UHGV virus genome: UHGV-0120889
Strand: one strand, 5' to 3'
Source: a virus
DNA: 64,000 bases
Position 1 is the first letter of the stretch. Every line of letters starts with the position of its first letter. A program made the translations under genes and the position numbers. Positions 1 to 9,245 of this stretch are shown in pieces. Below the pieces are notes generated by a model. It did no database searches. It was given only the letters and a program-made list of their open reading frames with translations, and was not told where the DNA came from.

Positions 1-791
1 TGGAAAGTTTTTGCCTTACTTAAGGTAACACCGTACTCTTTAGCGAAGGTTTGGAGTGCATCTTTTGAACCACTTTTGTCATCTTCGTTGTTAAGAGCTG
101 CGGCCTGTTTAAGGATTTCATCCTTATTCTCAACGGCTACAAATGAGGAAGAGGATACAGTCACATCTTGCGGATCTGCTACAGTAACTTCACCGTCACC
201 ACCAGGTTCAGTAGGACCTACAGGTGGCTCCGGCTCTGGTTCAGGCGGTGGAGCTATCGTAGAGACCAGTCCAAGATTTACAACCTGAGAACGTTTCTTA
301 GGCCACTCAATGGTGAAAGTTTGGGTATCTTCTTCATAAACAATGTTGCATTGCTCATCGTTTATGGTCACTTTTTTAGGCATACCTTCAGGGTCCCACA
401 GATGGCCCTCTGCCACGGAAACTTTGAAAGCAGCATCTACCTCTTTAAACACTGACGGAGTGAGTGTAATATTGACATCCCCGCTTTGCAGTGTTAAAGT
501 GCTTTCATCAAGGTTCTCTGTGAAGAACAGAAGAATAACACCCATACGAATAGTTGAGATACCAGTATCAATTGGCAGGCCTGTGTGTTTTGCAATCTTC
601 TCGAAGAAGTCTACAATCGTTCTGCACGGATAGTGAACACTGCCAATAACGAATTCTGTTGGTGGCAGCAGGGCTGATAAACCAACATTGATTTCTGGAT
701 TGTATTGTGATAAAAATTGATAAAAACTTAACTGATTGTTGAAAACTCTTAATAGAGGATCATACTCGACTGGATATACAGCTCTCTTCAC
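1..791 (-). CDS. hypothetical head/virion-associated protein, partial (runs off window start); Pro/Glu-rich linker PPPEPEPEPPVGPTEPGG
   Basis: Open frame on minus strand from GTG at 789-791 (AGGAG 6 nt upstream) to position 1 with no stop; absent from ORF track because incomplete. Lies directly downstream of the capsid gene. Start codon choice is inference. Confidence 0.45.
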   Translation of the reverse strand, partial: MKRAVYPVEYDPLLRVFNNQLSFYQFLSQYNPEINVGLSALLPPTEFVIGSVHYPCRTIVDFFEKIAKHTGLPIDTGISTIRMGVILLFFTENLDESTLTLQSGDVNITLTPSVFKEVDAAFKVSVAEGHLWDPEGMPKKVTINDEQCNIVYEEDTQTFTIEWPKKRSQVVNLGLVSTIAPPPEPEPEPPVGPTEPGGDGEVTVADPQDVTVSSSSFVAVENKDEILKQAAALNNEDDKSGSKDALQTFAKEYGVTLSKAKTF

Positions 792-871
792 GGGACACTC
801 CTGTTAAACCCTAATAAATAAAAAGGGGAGGGGAGAACCCCCTCCCCATATGGGATGAATCACCTTAGTGA

Positions 872-1879
872 TTATTCACTTTTCAGAGTTACTTTAACAA
901 CCAGCTCTGGACGGGTGTTAACTGCCAGCATAGAAGTTTCAGATTCAATCTTCTCTTCACGCAGGTATGCAGAGTGTTTATACCACATGTACAGTTCCTG
1001 TGCTGGAGTGTTTGCTTCGTTAACATCGTCTGCCGGAGCAAAGTGCAGCTGGAACATCTGATCAATACCCATCGGCAGAATGCGAGCTTCTTTCTTAGGA
1101 ATATTGCCAGAGATATCTTCGATAAAGGTGATACCTTTATGCTCAAACACACGGTATACGCTGTCTTGACCGCCAGCACCCAGACGGCGACGCAAAGGTT
1201 CCTGAGCAGAGCCGTAATAGGTGTATGCCAGTTCTACCAGCGGGTGATGAGTAACAGCACTGAAGAACTCCGGTGAGCACAGGGCTACAATGCGATAGCC
1301 AGCTGCGTTATCACCAGCTTGCAGTGCGATGTGCAGACGAGCTTCTTCCAGAACCTCCATAGGATCCTGATCTGCTTTTGCAGGGTCGATCTCAACAGAC
1401 TTCTGAGACACACCCCACAGAGTGTAGTAATCATACTGGCAGGTAGCGTCACCAGGTGCATAGGATTTACCCAGAATAGCCTGGAACAGCGCTTTCTCAC
1501 GCAGTGCTTCATGGGAAACACGGATACGGCGAACAACGCGGGTCACTACGTCCTGAACAGTTTTCGGAGCATCAGGGGTGAAGTAACGACGGAAGTTCTG
1601 GACATCTGCAGCAGTGATGCCTTTATCCAGAGGGAAGAACGGGATGTTCAGGTTTTTAACCTGAGCACGTTCATTACCAACGTAGTTACGCTCACCACCA
1701 CGACGGCGTGCTGGAATGTCGGTTACAACTTCATCAACACGCTCAATCTGAGCAATTGTTGAGGTGCCGAGACGAGTTTCGAACAGATCCATACCGGTAA
1801 TCAGGCGAAATTGACGCGGAACAAGGTCCAGAGTAGCACCTAAATCGACAATGCCAAATTCATCTTTACGAGTAATCAT
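872..1879 (-). CDS. major capsid protein (lambda gpE-like family)
   Basis: 335 aa ORF in head module between decoration-like gene and next structural gene; size and overall sequence character recall lambda E-type major capsid proteins; RBS-spaced ATG. Confidence 0.65.
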   Translation of the reverse strand: MITRKDEFGIVDLGATLDLVPRQFRLITGMDLFETRLGTSTIAQIERVDEVVTDIPARRRGGERNYVGNERAQVKNLNIPFFPLDKGITAADVQNFRRYFTPDAPKTVQDVVTRVVRRIRVSHEALREKALFQAILGKSYAPGDATCQYDYYTLWGVSQKSVEIDPAKADQDPMEVLEEARLHIALQAGDNAAGYRIVALCSPEFFSAVTHHPLVELAYTYYGSAQEPLRRRLGAGGQDSVYRVFEHKGITFIEDISGNIPKKEARILPMGIDQMFQLHFAPADDVNEANTPAQELYMWYKHSAYLREEKIESETSMLAVNTRPELVVKVTLKSE

Positions 1880-1931
1880 TTATTTCTCCAAAGTAAAACT
1901 TAAATATTTTTCCCGAACAATTTAGGGCTTA

Positions 1932-2318
1932 TTATTCACCAATAGTCTGGACGTGAACTTTGTTACCTAAAGCTTCCAACTTATCCAGAATTCTTTGGTC
2001 TGCTTTAGCTCCATCTGCACCTAACAGCATGTCTTTTGCAAAGGTGACACCATGGACGGCAACAACCAGGTTATAGGATTGTCCTACTTCTAACGGTTTT
2101 GCAAGATGAACCGTACCAGCATCTTTGACAAGAGCACGGTCAACAAGAACGCCGTACACATCAGAACCGTCTGCGTTAGCGATGGTCCCGGTTTTTGTTA
2201 CAACAGTGCCAGCGTGGTGATGCTCTGTCAGTGTTACCTTAATCTCTTTAAAATTGTAGCCAGCATCGCTAGAATCAACTTTGCCGAGCACGATATCAGA
2301 ATATTGAGCGGTAATCAT
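1932..2318 (-). CDS. head decoration protein (lambda gpD-like)
   Basis: 128 aa, Gly/Ala/Val-rich, immediately upstream of capsid gene as in lambda D-E arrangement. Confidence 0.5.
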   Translation of the reverse strand: MITAQYSDIVLGKVDSSDAGYNFKEIKVTLTEHHHAGTVVTKTGTIANADGSDVYGVLVDRALVKDAGTVHLAKPLEVGQSYNLVVAVHGVTFAKDMLLGADGAKADQRILDKLEALGNKVHVQTIGE

Positions 2319-2338
2319 TTATTTCCCCCGTTAATGTC

Positions 2339-3316
2339 TTATTTGTTAGATTCTGCACGTGCACGAGCAAGTGCTTTTGCAACGTTTTCAGCAAGAATTT
2401 CTTCTGCGGATTTTGCAATATCATCCACAACAGGTTCGCCATCATTACCATGTTCAGTGGTGGCAAACTCTTCTTTGGTTTTATGCACCTCTGCTTCCAG
2501 CTCTTCAATTTTTGCTTGAGCTTTCTCCAGCATAGCTACGATAGGTTCGTTAGCTTTTTCCAGCATGAAGTCAACTAGGGTTGCATGATCTTCTTCACCA
2601 ACAAAGCTTAAAGCTTGAGCCTTAGTCAGCATTTTAGCTTTTTCAACTTCAACCTGGGCCTTGATGATTTCTTCAGCTTTACTCTGGGTTGCTTTCAGCT
2701 CTTCTACTTGCTTCAGCAGATCCAGATACTCTTTAGTTTTGGTTACGTCCACCGGATTCTCCTCGGTATTTGCGGATTTTGCAACATCATCCACCTCGGC
2801 AGTTTTATCCACCTCAGCAGGTTCCTGTACCGCCTTGATCAGGTTCCCTTCTTTATCGAAGAGATCAGCGGTTACTTGTTCAAAAATCTGTTGTGTTTTT
2901 AACAGGCTGTACTGATCTACCACACTAAGCTGCTTACCTTCTTTTGCAGCTTTATGAATGGTCACGTTATCACAACGCTCTTCCAGCCATGCAATACAAG
3001 ACTCTGCGTCAGCTTGCGCCCATTCCCAATCAGGATGCTCTTTGGCCCAAGCCTCCTCTTCAATCTCAAAACCAAGCATGTGTGCAAGTGCTTTAGCATC
3101 ATCATACCACATATCGAAGAAACGACGCAGGTATTCTTCAAAACTAAGCTCCACAGTAACTTGGCGAAGTGCCTTAACAATATCGTCTGTTAACTGCTCA
3201 GGCTTAAGATCACTCTTCATCAAAAGAGATACAGGTCTGTTGTTAGCGCTATAGCCTTGCGCCTTATGGCACAGGGCAATCCCCTTCTCTTTAATAGTAA
3301 TCGTTTTTTCAGACAT
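2339..3316 (-). CDS. putative scaffolding protein
   Basis: 325 aa, highly charged and Ala/Glu/Lys-rich with predicted coiled-coil character, between portal-side genes and decoration/capsid genes. Confidence 0.45.
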   Translation of the reverse strand: MSEKTITIKEKGIALCHKAQGYSANNRPVSLLMKSDLKPEQLTDDIVKALRQVTVELSFEEYLRRFFDMWYDDAKALAHMLGFEIEEEAWAKEHPDWEWAQADAESCIAWLEERCDNVTIHKAAKEGKQLSVVDQYSLLKTQQIFEQVTADLFDKEGNLIKAVQEPAEVDKTAEVDDVAKSANTEENPVDVTKTKEYLDLLKQVEELKATQSKAEEIIKAQVEVEKAKMLTKAQALSFVGEEDHATLVDFMLEKANEPIVAMLEKAQAKIEELEAEVHKTKEEFATTEHGNDGEPVVDDIAKSAEEILAENVAKALARARAESNK

Positions 3317-3735
3317 TATTCATTGCCCTCTTCTACAACACTGATCCCGAAGTTTACGTTGGTAATTTCACCAGTTTCTTCATCAACATTACCTGTTGCC
3401 TGAATGCTTAGGCCACCAACAATGCCAGCCTTCTTAGCTTCCCATAATTCAGGATTATTGTATTTAACTTTAGCAACCCAAGAGCCAGCCTTGATGACCT
3501 GCTCAGTGCCAATTACTACAACATCAAACTCTTCTTGAATCCACGTCTTTTCAATAGTGAAAGCATCTGTAGAGGTCAAGTGAAAAAGGTTTTCAGAAAC
3601 TAGGCCTGCGGCGTATGCTGCGTCCCAGTTATCTTTAGCCTTTTTGATGGTGTCTTTACTCATCCACTCACCGTGAGCATCTTTAGTGTCAGGCTCGTAG
3701 ATGATTTCGTAGGAAATCATTTCTTCCTGTGGCAT
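3316..3735 (-). CDS. putative head morphogenesis/maturation protein
   Basis: ORF track extends to 3891 and overlaps portal; internal ATG at 3733-3735 (MPQEEMISYEI...) with GGGGAA upstream removes the overlap. Position between portal and scaffold is where head proteases usually sit; function is inference. Confidence 0.35.
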   Translation of the reverse strand: MPQEEMISYEIIYEPDTKDAHGEWMSKDTIKKAKDNWDAAYAAGLVSENLFHLTSTDAFTIEKTWIQEEFDVVVIGTEQVIKAGSWVAKVKYNNPELWEAKKAGIVGGLSIQATGNVDEETGEITNVNFGISVVEEGNE

Positions 3736-3802
3736 CTTATTCCCCATGTGGATTATTTTATCACGCCAAAGGAGGTTTTGCAACCCCCTGTGTTGATAAT
3801 TT

Positions 3803-5359
3803 TTAATTTTCCATGTTGGATATGGAATTATCTCTGGTTGATGACATCTTAGAAGTGCCGTTGCCAGTGGATCCTGCAGCCATTCCATCACCAGCCCTAC
3901 TGATGTCCTGGCCCAAGAGCTTCATCAGCTCTTCCTGATCCATGTCCTCGTCAAATCTTTCATCAAACCCGCCTACTTCAAGAATCTTATTAATTACTGC
4001 AGGAGTTTTTGGCAAGTAACCTACAGCACCGATCCTCTGGACAAACTTGGAGAAGCTCTCCATATCCACTTCTTCAATCAGACCAGGTTTCAGTTTAGGC
4101 ATATCATCATCTTCAAGGATGATACCATTCAATGCCAGAAGCTGCGGAATAAGATCTTTATTGAAGGCCTCAGTGATAATATCTATATCACGCTGAACAA
4201 AATGACCATGGATAGACTGTTTTGACTCAGACAGAGAGAAGGACCCAACGTTATCGTTACCGAGGTTAATAAAGCCAGCACCGAAACGGTCAAGAATCGC
4301 CTTCTTACGGGCATCAATCAAATCTTTAGTGGAATACTGCTTACCCATACCGTCAACCCCCTTCAGGGTCATGGAGTAAAGCTCTTTACCAGACTTATCT
4401 CTATCAGACGGAAGTATAAAGAAACTTTGCTCACCACTATGGGCGTTTGCTGCGTCAAGCATAAGGTCTGCAACCATTCTCCCTTCCATTGAATTCGGGT
4501 CAATGCTGGCCTTGTTCAAAATATTGGAAGGAATTTTCAGCTCAAGCACACCACCAAGGTCTTTGGAACAGCCAACAACCTCAAGGTTTTCAATCAGAAC
4601 TTTCTCACGGAAAGATCTGTAGCAACCTATCATCGGTGACACACCTGCAGGGTTAGATTCTGTTCCTGACAGGGTCATGAGCATAAGCTTTTTAGCAGGG
4701 ATGAAAATTTCAGGCTCATTAAAGCCTTTTGAAGGCATTGCAGCAAGAGGTCCAGCCCAGCGTGCATTCTGAGTGTTTAGAAATGCATTAGGTGATTGAT
4801 AAATACCTGTCAGTGTTCTACTATTCTTGTCAAAGACAAACGGCTCTGATCTGGACAAACTGGCCTGAGGTCGGAATGCAATTTTATCAATAAGAAGCAT
4901 CCCGGCATATTTACCTTCTTTCTCTCTGCGGTATACTTTCTCAAACAGTGAAAAACCATACTCGTTAAAGGTAGCTGCACTTCTTGCAATATCTCGAAGA
5001 GTTTGTTGGTTTGCCAAATTACGCAAAGAATACTCTATAAGCTCGGCAGCTTTCTTAGAGTCTTCACTTTTAACATTATAAAGGATCTTAAAATCATTAA
5101 ATGCTTTCGTGATGAAAACATATTTTGTATCTAAGGCAGTAGCAACTGTGGAATCACATTTCATAGTCTCCACTGTAGCAATCAGCTGAGGCCAACGCAA
5201 TTCCTCAACCATCATAGATTGCGATTCTGCCATAATTTGGGAAAGTGCGCCAGAACCGATCTCACTCATACGAACATTATGAGTTGGTGCGCCTGCGTTC
5301 CCAGATTTATTCACAGTTTTGGCTGTGGCGTTGTGTTTCCTGCGGTTCTTTTTGGACAC
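3803..5359 (-). CDS. portal protein
   Basis: 518 aa ORF immediately downstream of terminase large subunit on same strand; size and position typical of portal. Confidence 0.65.
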   Translation of the reverse strand: MSKKNRRKHNATAKTVNKSGNAGAPTHNVRMSEIGSGALSQIMAESQSMMVEELRWPQLIATVETMKCDSTVATALDTKYVFITKAFNDFKILYNVKSEDSKKAAELIEYSLRNLANQQTLRDIARSAATFNEYGFSLFEKVYRREKEGKYAGMLLIDKIAFRPQASLSRSEPFVFDKNSRTLTGIYQSPNAFLNTQNARWAGPLAAMPSKGFNEPEIFIPAKKLMLMTLSGTESNPAGVSPMIGCYRSFREKVLIENLEVVGCSKDLGGVLELKIPSNILNKASIDPNSMEGRMVADLMLDAANAHSGEQSFFILPSDRDKSGKELYSMTLKGVDGMGKQYSTKDLIDARKKAILDRFGAGFINLGNDNVGSFSLSESKQSIHGHFVQRDIDIITEAFNKDLIPQLLALNGIILEDDDMPKLKPGLIEEVDMESFSKFVQRIGAVGYLPKTPAVINKILEVGGFDERFDEDMDQEELMKLLGQDISRAGDGMAAGSTGNGTSKMSSTRDNSISNMEN

Positions 5360-5461
5360 AAGCTTTACCCCTCAAAACAGTATAACAAAATAGCCCTCGT
5401 GTTAGAGGGCTAGTATCTCCGATTACTCTATTCTACCACATCTAATTAAGATTGGCAACAC

Positions 5462-6583
5462 TTAGATAAAACGCTTGAACATAGAAGGTGATGAGATTGA
5501 TGGAATCACACAAGGAAGTGCTACTTCCTCTTTCTCCAGGAAATTAATAGCAGAAGCTACACAGTCAGCCCAGTCGTCTTTTCTGTTAAATGTTGATCTT
5601 TCCCCGTTGAATTTTTCAAGTTCAGTCAGAAATGCTTCCAGAGTATCAGGATGGAAACTGGATTTTACAATCCTCACCATTCCTTGTTGGGCAAGATTGG
5701 CAAAAGGTGAGAACCTTGTCAGTTTAGATTTGTTGGAAGGCATTGGGTCTTCTTCAACCCTAAACCCTTCGGCAAGCAAGGATCTGGAGGAGGTTAAGAA
5801 CTCACTCTTACCTGCCTGACCGGGGTCCACAGAGAATACGATTATACAATCATCACCATCAAACTGCGCCTGTTTCCTGATGATCACATCTCGTTCACCA
5901 GCCTTTTTACAGAACTTGCCTTCTAGACCTGTGGAATACCTCCCGTCATCCACGTTCTCAGGACAATAATCACCGGACAGGTAATAAAAGCCGTCGCTAT
6001 CTTTACTTACCTTAACACTGGCGGTAAAGTCAGGAAATTTATTACCGGAAGTTCTCTCGGTTCCTGCCTTATCCCATGCCCTGCAAGATACTGATCCAAG
6101 GGGTACTCTATCGGCATCACGAAGGAAAGATCTTTGAAAATAGTTTGCGCCCTCAGGCTTTGCAAACCAGTTACCATGAAGAAGCTGAGCTTTTTCCAGT
6201 TCCGGCAGACCTTCAAGGAAAGCAAGGTATTCTGGGTTGTCTCTTAAGCAAACAGGATTATCGAATATTGTTGCGCCTATAAACGAGAATGACAACGGTC
6301 TTGGCTTGATCTCCACACCAAGTCCGTTAACCGTGGTGTATTTCTCTATCAACTCTTCTTTAGAGTCCCCCCAGATAAATTCACCGTCGCGTCGGATAAA
6401 ATATCTTTTCTTACCGCATTTCTCCGGATCTGGATACCCTTCATCGTCCAACCACCACCTAACCAGTTTGGCAAGCATGTGTTCTGAATCGGGGTTACAG
6501 CTGATAACCATTCTTGATGGATACTTTGACTGAGATCGCAGACGAGACATCAGATAGTCTATCTGCTCCCATTCGAATTGTGT
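5462..6583 (-). CDS. terminase large subunit, exon 2 (C-terminal part of ATPase plus nuclease domain)
   Basis: Frame is open from 6583 (after in-frame TAA); begins TQFEWEQIDYLMSRLRSQ...MVISCNPDS, the expected continuation after Walker B. Exon start is placed at the proposed 3' splice site. Confidence 0.7.
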   Translation of the reverse strand, partial: TQFEWEQIDYLMSRLRSQSKYPSRMVISCNPDSEHMLAKLVRWWLDDEGYPDPEKCGKKRYFIRRDGEFIWGDSKEELIEKYTTVNGLGVEIKPRPLSFSFIGATIFDNPVCLRDNPEYLAFLEGLPELEKAQLLHGNWFAKPEGANYFQRSFLRDADRVPLGSVSCRAWDKAGTERTSGNKFPDFTASVKVSKDSDGFYYLSGDYCPENVDDGRYSTGLEGKFCKKAGERDVIIRKQAQFDGDDCIIVFSVDPGQAGKSEFLTSSRSLLAEGFRVEEDPMPSNKSKLTRFSPFANLAQQGMVRIVKSSFHPDTLEAFLTELEKFNGERSTFNRKDDWADCVASAINFLEKEEVALPCVIPSISSPSMFKRFI

Positions 6584-6899
6584 CGTTTATGTTCGGGCAA
6601 GGTCGCTAGTCTTGCCCCGCCATTTTCAGGCAGCTGCATGTCTCCATGCAGACCAGACTATATCTTATAAGCGACAACAACCGCTTATCCTCCCGTTTCG
6701 AATCGCTTGATTCTACGTCTTTCGACTAGTCGTTGAACGTTCATCCTCTCGGATGCTTCGCTGCGGATTATCTAAATTAACACACTGTTACCATACCTTC
6801 GATCTCTCTTCGAAGCCTCTATCATGTTACCATGACAGGTTGGTGGTATTAATAGTAAAGATTTCCCCGCAATTAGGGAGGTTTTACGAGAGCTACAAA
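6584..6899 (-). ncRNA. group I self-splicing intron (ORF-less) in terminase large subunit gene
   Basis: Minus-strand hallmarks in canonical order: exon ends GAGGGU then UAA; internal guide GCUCUC (plus 6888-6893) pairs with exon end; P-like AAUUGCGGGGAAA (plus 6863-6875); R-like GUUCAACGACUA (plus 6723-6738); S-like AAGAUAUAGUC (plus 6656-6666); terminal G at 6584. Confidence 0.7.
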
Positions 6900-6902
6900 T
6901 TA

Positions 6903-7328
6903 ACCCTCATCGAAGCAAACCATGGTGTACTCAAGCCCTTGATGGTTAAGCTTATCTTGTACATACTCCATGTGGCAGTATTTTACAACAGCTCCCTTTT
7001 TGCTTCTATCCCACTTGCCAGTGTTCGGATCAAACCGTGGAAAAATGAACTTATGATCCTTCTCTCTGAACTTTGGCTTAATGTTTTCAGGCAGATCACT
7101 ATAAATAGCTACCGCTTTAGGCCATAGTCCACCCTCACCTTCCAACTGCGGGGTTGTTCTTCGGAACATAACCACAGAGCTGTGGGGGTCATCAATAATT
7201 TTAAGTGGCATCAATTGCAAGAGGAACGACTTGCCAGACCCTGCGGCACCGCCGATTACCAAAATATCTGCATCGTTTTCGAGGATCATCTTCTGCTTTT
7301 CAGAACACGGTCCGTAAATCTTAGACAT
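6903..7328 (-). CDS. terminase large subunit, exon 1 (N-terminal ATPase: Walker A and B)
   Basis: Walker A VIGGAAGSGKSF and Walker B MVCFDEG; frame hits TAA (6900-6902) immediately after the Gly codon, which is the first codon of the intron. Confidence 0.75.
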
Positions 7329-7615
7329 TAACCGCTCTCCTTTGGAAACAGTGTTCTAATATAGTCTTGCAAAATGATCAATTTAGCTCTATCATTGCTA
7401 CAAGACAGATTATTATCCCTCATAATGCCAGAATTCACTGCATCTGGCGCACCTTTCTTCAAAGGCATAGCTTTAGCAGGTGGTTTCATGGCACCTTCCG
7501 GGGGTTTAACAATCAACCTTCCTACATCCGGAGGGTCAATCTTGTATTCTCTCTCAACGTTGGTTGCACACCCACATAATAACAAGCACACAATAAACAG
7601 TGTAGCAACTCTCAT
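7328..7615 (-). CDS. o-spanin-like outer-membrane lipoprotein (Rz1-like)
   Basis: N-terminal signal with LLLCGC lipobox-like motif, Pro-rich mature region; start overlaps stop of upstream TM/coiled-coil gene (ATGA). Confidence 0.5.
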   Translation of the reverse strand: MRVATLFIVCLLLCGCATNVEREYKIDPPDVGRLIVKPPEGAMKPPAKAMPLKKGAPDAVNSGIMRDNNLSCSNDRAKLIILQDYIRTLFPKESG

Positions 7616-8010
7616 CGATCCTCCTGATTGATACTCTCATTATAAATATCTATAAGCTGATCAGGGAGTGTTGACTTCTTGCCTTCAGGTGACTGGAGGT
7701 AGATAATCTGCTTTTCTTTACCTGCCTTCTCAGCCATATTTAATTTATCCTGCAGATCAGAAAGGGATTTTTCAAGGTTTTTAACCTCCTCTGCGTGGCC
7801 CATTTTAATTTTGTCGGCCTGCTTTTGTTGCTGATCAAGGATCCGTTCCCACTTTAACTCTGTTGCTGACACACCCTCTTGGTAGGCTTCATTAAGCTTA
7901 AAGTTAAACCAATATACGGCTCCAAGATAAGCTGTACCTAGCGCAGCTGCAAAAACTAAACCTTTTATGATCCCTCTATACCTACTCAGCCATGTTAAAA
8001 CTGAAATCAT
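7612..8010 (-). CDS. i-spanin-like protein (Rz-like; N-terminal TM plus coiled coil)
   Basis: N-terminal hydrophobic segment GLVFAAALGTAYLGAVYWF followed by charged coiled-coil-like region; paired with downstream lipoprotein. Confidence 0.5.
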   Translation of the reverse strand: MISVLTWLSRYRGIIKGLVFAAALGTAYLGAVYWFNFKLNEAYQEGVSATELKWERILDQQQKQADKIKMGHAEEVKNLEKSLSDLQDKLNMAEKAGKEKQIIYLQSPEGKKSTLPDQLIDIYNESINQEDR

Positions 8011-8115
8011 TTTAAGGCTCCAGAAACGAAAAAACCCCGCAGCTATACAGCTAACGGGGCGGGTTAAAATTGAGTAACCTAAATAGATCGAAACTAACTA
8101 AAAGGAGACTAATAC

Positions 8116-8385
8116 TTATCGAGGCACTCGGTGGATGATTCTAACAGTAACTGCATTTTCATTCATCAAGTATGCATCTACATCTCTGTAAATATAAAAC
8201 TTCTGCTCACTATCAACAACACAAGCTACCGCCCCTTCAGAGTTGTCTTCAAAAAAGACCACCACTGCATCGCAGCTGAGTTCATGATATGACTCTCGAA
8301 GATTTACAGCCAGAGGATTGAAATCGTCACGAAAATCTACGGTATGGGTTGGATTTACACGCTCTACAATTTTAAGTGTATACAT
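8116..8385 (-). CDS. hypothetical protein
   Basis: Track ORF trimmed to ATG at 8383-8385 (MYTLKIVERV..., AGGAAC upstream) because the longer form overlaps tRNA-Pro. Confidence 0.4.
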   Translation of the reverse strand: MYTLKIVERVNPTHTVDFRDDFNPLAVNLRESYHELSCDAVVVFFEDNSEGAVACVVDSEQKFYIYRDVDAYLMNENAVTVRIIHRVPR

Positions 8386-8431
8386 TTTAAAGGTTCCTTT
8401 TGTTTGTATATGTTTAAAGTATAACTGAAAG

Positions 8432-8508
8432 TGGTCTCCACGGAGTGATTCGAACACTCGACCTCCTGATCCCAAATCAGGCGCTCTACCAAGCTGAGCT
8501 ACGCGGAG
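8432..8508 (-). tRNA. tRNA-Pro (anticodon UGG)
   Basis: Hand-folded cloverleaf: acceptor CUCCGCG/CGUGGAG, D-arm GCUC..GAGC, anticodon stem CCUGA/UCAGG with loop UUUGGGA, T-arm GAGUG-UUCGAAU-CACUC, encoded CCA. Confidence 0.8.
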
Positions 8509-8519
8509 TATTTATTATT

Positions 8520-8594
8520 TGGTGGCCCTGGGTGGAATTGAACCACCGTCTGGCGATTATGAGTCGCTTGCTTGAACCTTCCAGCTACAGGGCC
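8520..8594 (-). tRNA. tRNA with anticodon CAU (Met or lysidine-modified Ile)
   Basis: Acceptor GGCCCUG/CAGGGCC, anticodon loop CUCAUAA, T-arm GGUGG-UUCAAUU-CCACC, encoded CCA; Met versus Ile2 cannot be told from sequence. Confidence 0.7.
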
Positions 8595-8595
8595 A

Positions 8596-8671
8596 TGGTG
8601 CTGATGGCAGGACTTGAACCTGCAACCTATTGATTACAAATCAATTGCACTACCAATTGTGCTACATCAGC
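8596..8671 (-). tRNA. tRNA-Thr (anticodon UGU)
   Basis: Acceptor GCUGAUG/CAUCAGC, D-arm GCAC..GUGC, anticodon stem AUUGA/UCAAU with loop UUUGUAA, T-arm GCAGG-UUCAAGU-CCUGC, encoded CCA. Confidence 0.8.
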
Positions 8672-8679
8672 AAAAAAGG

Positions 8680-8776
8680 TGCTAGGTGATGGAATCGAAC
8701 CACCTATGTATTCAACGACTACCTCGTCTATTTTCAGGATTAAAAATCCTCGCCCTTGCCAAAGGGCTTACCTAGC
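8680..8776 (-). tRNA. atypical long tRNA-like gene (about 97 nt), anticodon uncertain (candidate UUU) or pseudo-tRNA
   Basis: Perfect 7-bp acceptor GCUAGGU/ACCUAGC, D-arm GCCC-UUUGGCAA-GGGC and T-arm GGUGG-UUCGAUU-CCAUC, but about 30 extra nt between a short AGGA/UCCU stem (loop UUUUUAA) and the T-arm; no encoded CCA. Confidence 0.4.
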
Positions 8777-8874
8777 TCAGTATGTTGACCATGTTGCTAG
8801 TCGGCGATGACGACTGTAACATTTGATAATCCGGTTCTGCTTCCGGCTTTCGCTTAATTACAAGGTCAACAATA

Positions 8875-8965
8875 TGGCTGAGGGTAATGGAATCGAACCA
8901 TCATCGAGTCATCCTCAACGGGACGGTTTTCAAGACCGCTTGAGCACCATTGCTCCCTACCCTCA
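8875..8965 (-). tRNA. tRNA-Ser (anticodon UGA), long variable arm
   Basis: Acceptor UGAGGGU/ACCCUCA, anticodon stem GCGGU/ACCGU with loop CUUGAAA, long variable arm, T-loop UUCGAUU, discriminator G plus CCA. Confidence 0.7.
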
Positions 8966-9079
8966 TTTATAAACAATACTGATAATGACACTGATTTTCG
9001 AGCAGTTAGTGACTAGTATAAACGACGATAAATATCAATGCCATTATCTGTATGATTTATGCATTTAAAACTATAAATT

Positions 9080-9166
9080 TGGTGGGGAGTGGTGGAGTCG
9101 AACCACCCGAGTCGTAATGACAATAGATTTACAGTCTACACCGCTACCTCTACGGGATAACTCCCC
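9080..9166 (-). tRNA. tRNA-Tyr (anticodon GUA), long variable arm
   Basis: Acceptor GGGGAGU/ACUCCCC, anticodon stem GUAGA/UCUAU with loop CUGUAAA, T-arm GGUGG-UUCGACU-CCACC, encoded CCA. Confidence 0.75.
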
Positions 9167-9170
9167 AATT

Positions 9171-9245
9171 TGGCACCCCGTACTGGACTCGAACCAGTGT
9201 CAACGGCTTAGAAGGCCGCTGCTTTATCCACTAAGCTAACAGGGC
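9171..9245 (-). tRNA. tRNA-Arg (anticodon UCU)
   Basis: Acceptor GCCCUGU/ACGGGGU (two G.U), anticodon stem GCGGC/GCCGU with loop CUUCUAA, T-arm ACUGG-UUCGAGU-CCAGU, encoded CCA. Confidence 0.75.

Noticed and set aside
76-633. Plus-strand ORFs 76-288, 168-455 and 343-633
   Set aside because: They lie antisense to a long uninterrupted minus-strand frame that continues the head module; compositionally biased translations and no RBS.
889-1762. ORFs 889-1179 (minus, alternative frame), 974-1276 and 1319-1762 (plus) overlapping the capsid gene
   Set aside because: Embedded within or antisense to the 335-aa capsid ORF; low-complexity translations.
2106-3254. Plus-strand and alternative-frame ORFs inside the decoration and scaffold genes
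   Set aside because: Antisense or out of frame relative to co-linear head genes with better starts.
6753-7127. Plus-strand ORF 6753-7127
   Set aside because: Spans the terminase intron and exon 1 on the opposite strand; explained by the intron plus antisense of a well-supported gene.
8445-8633. ORF 8445-8633 (plus) and the N-terminal extension of ORF 8116-8475
   Set aside because: Overlap tRNA-Pro and tRNA-Met genes, whose cloverleaf structures explain the sequence.
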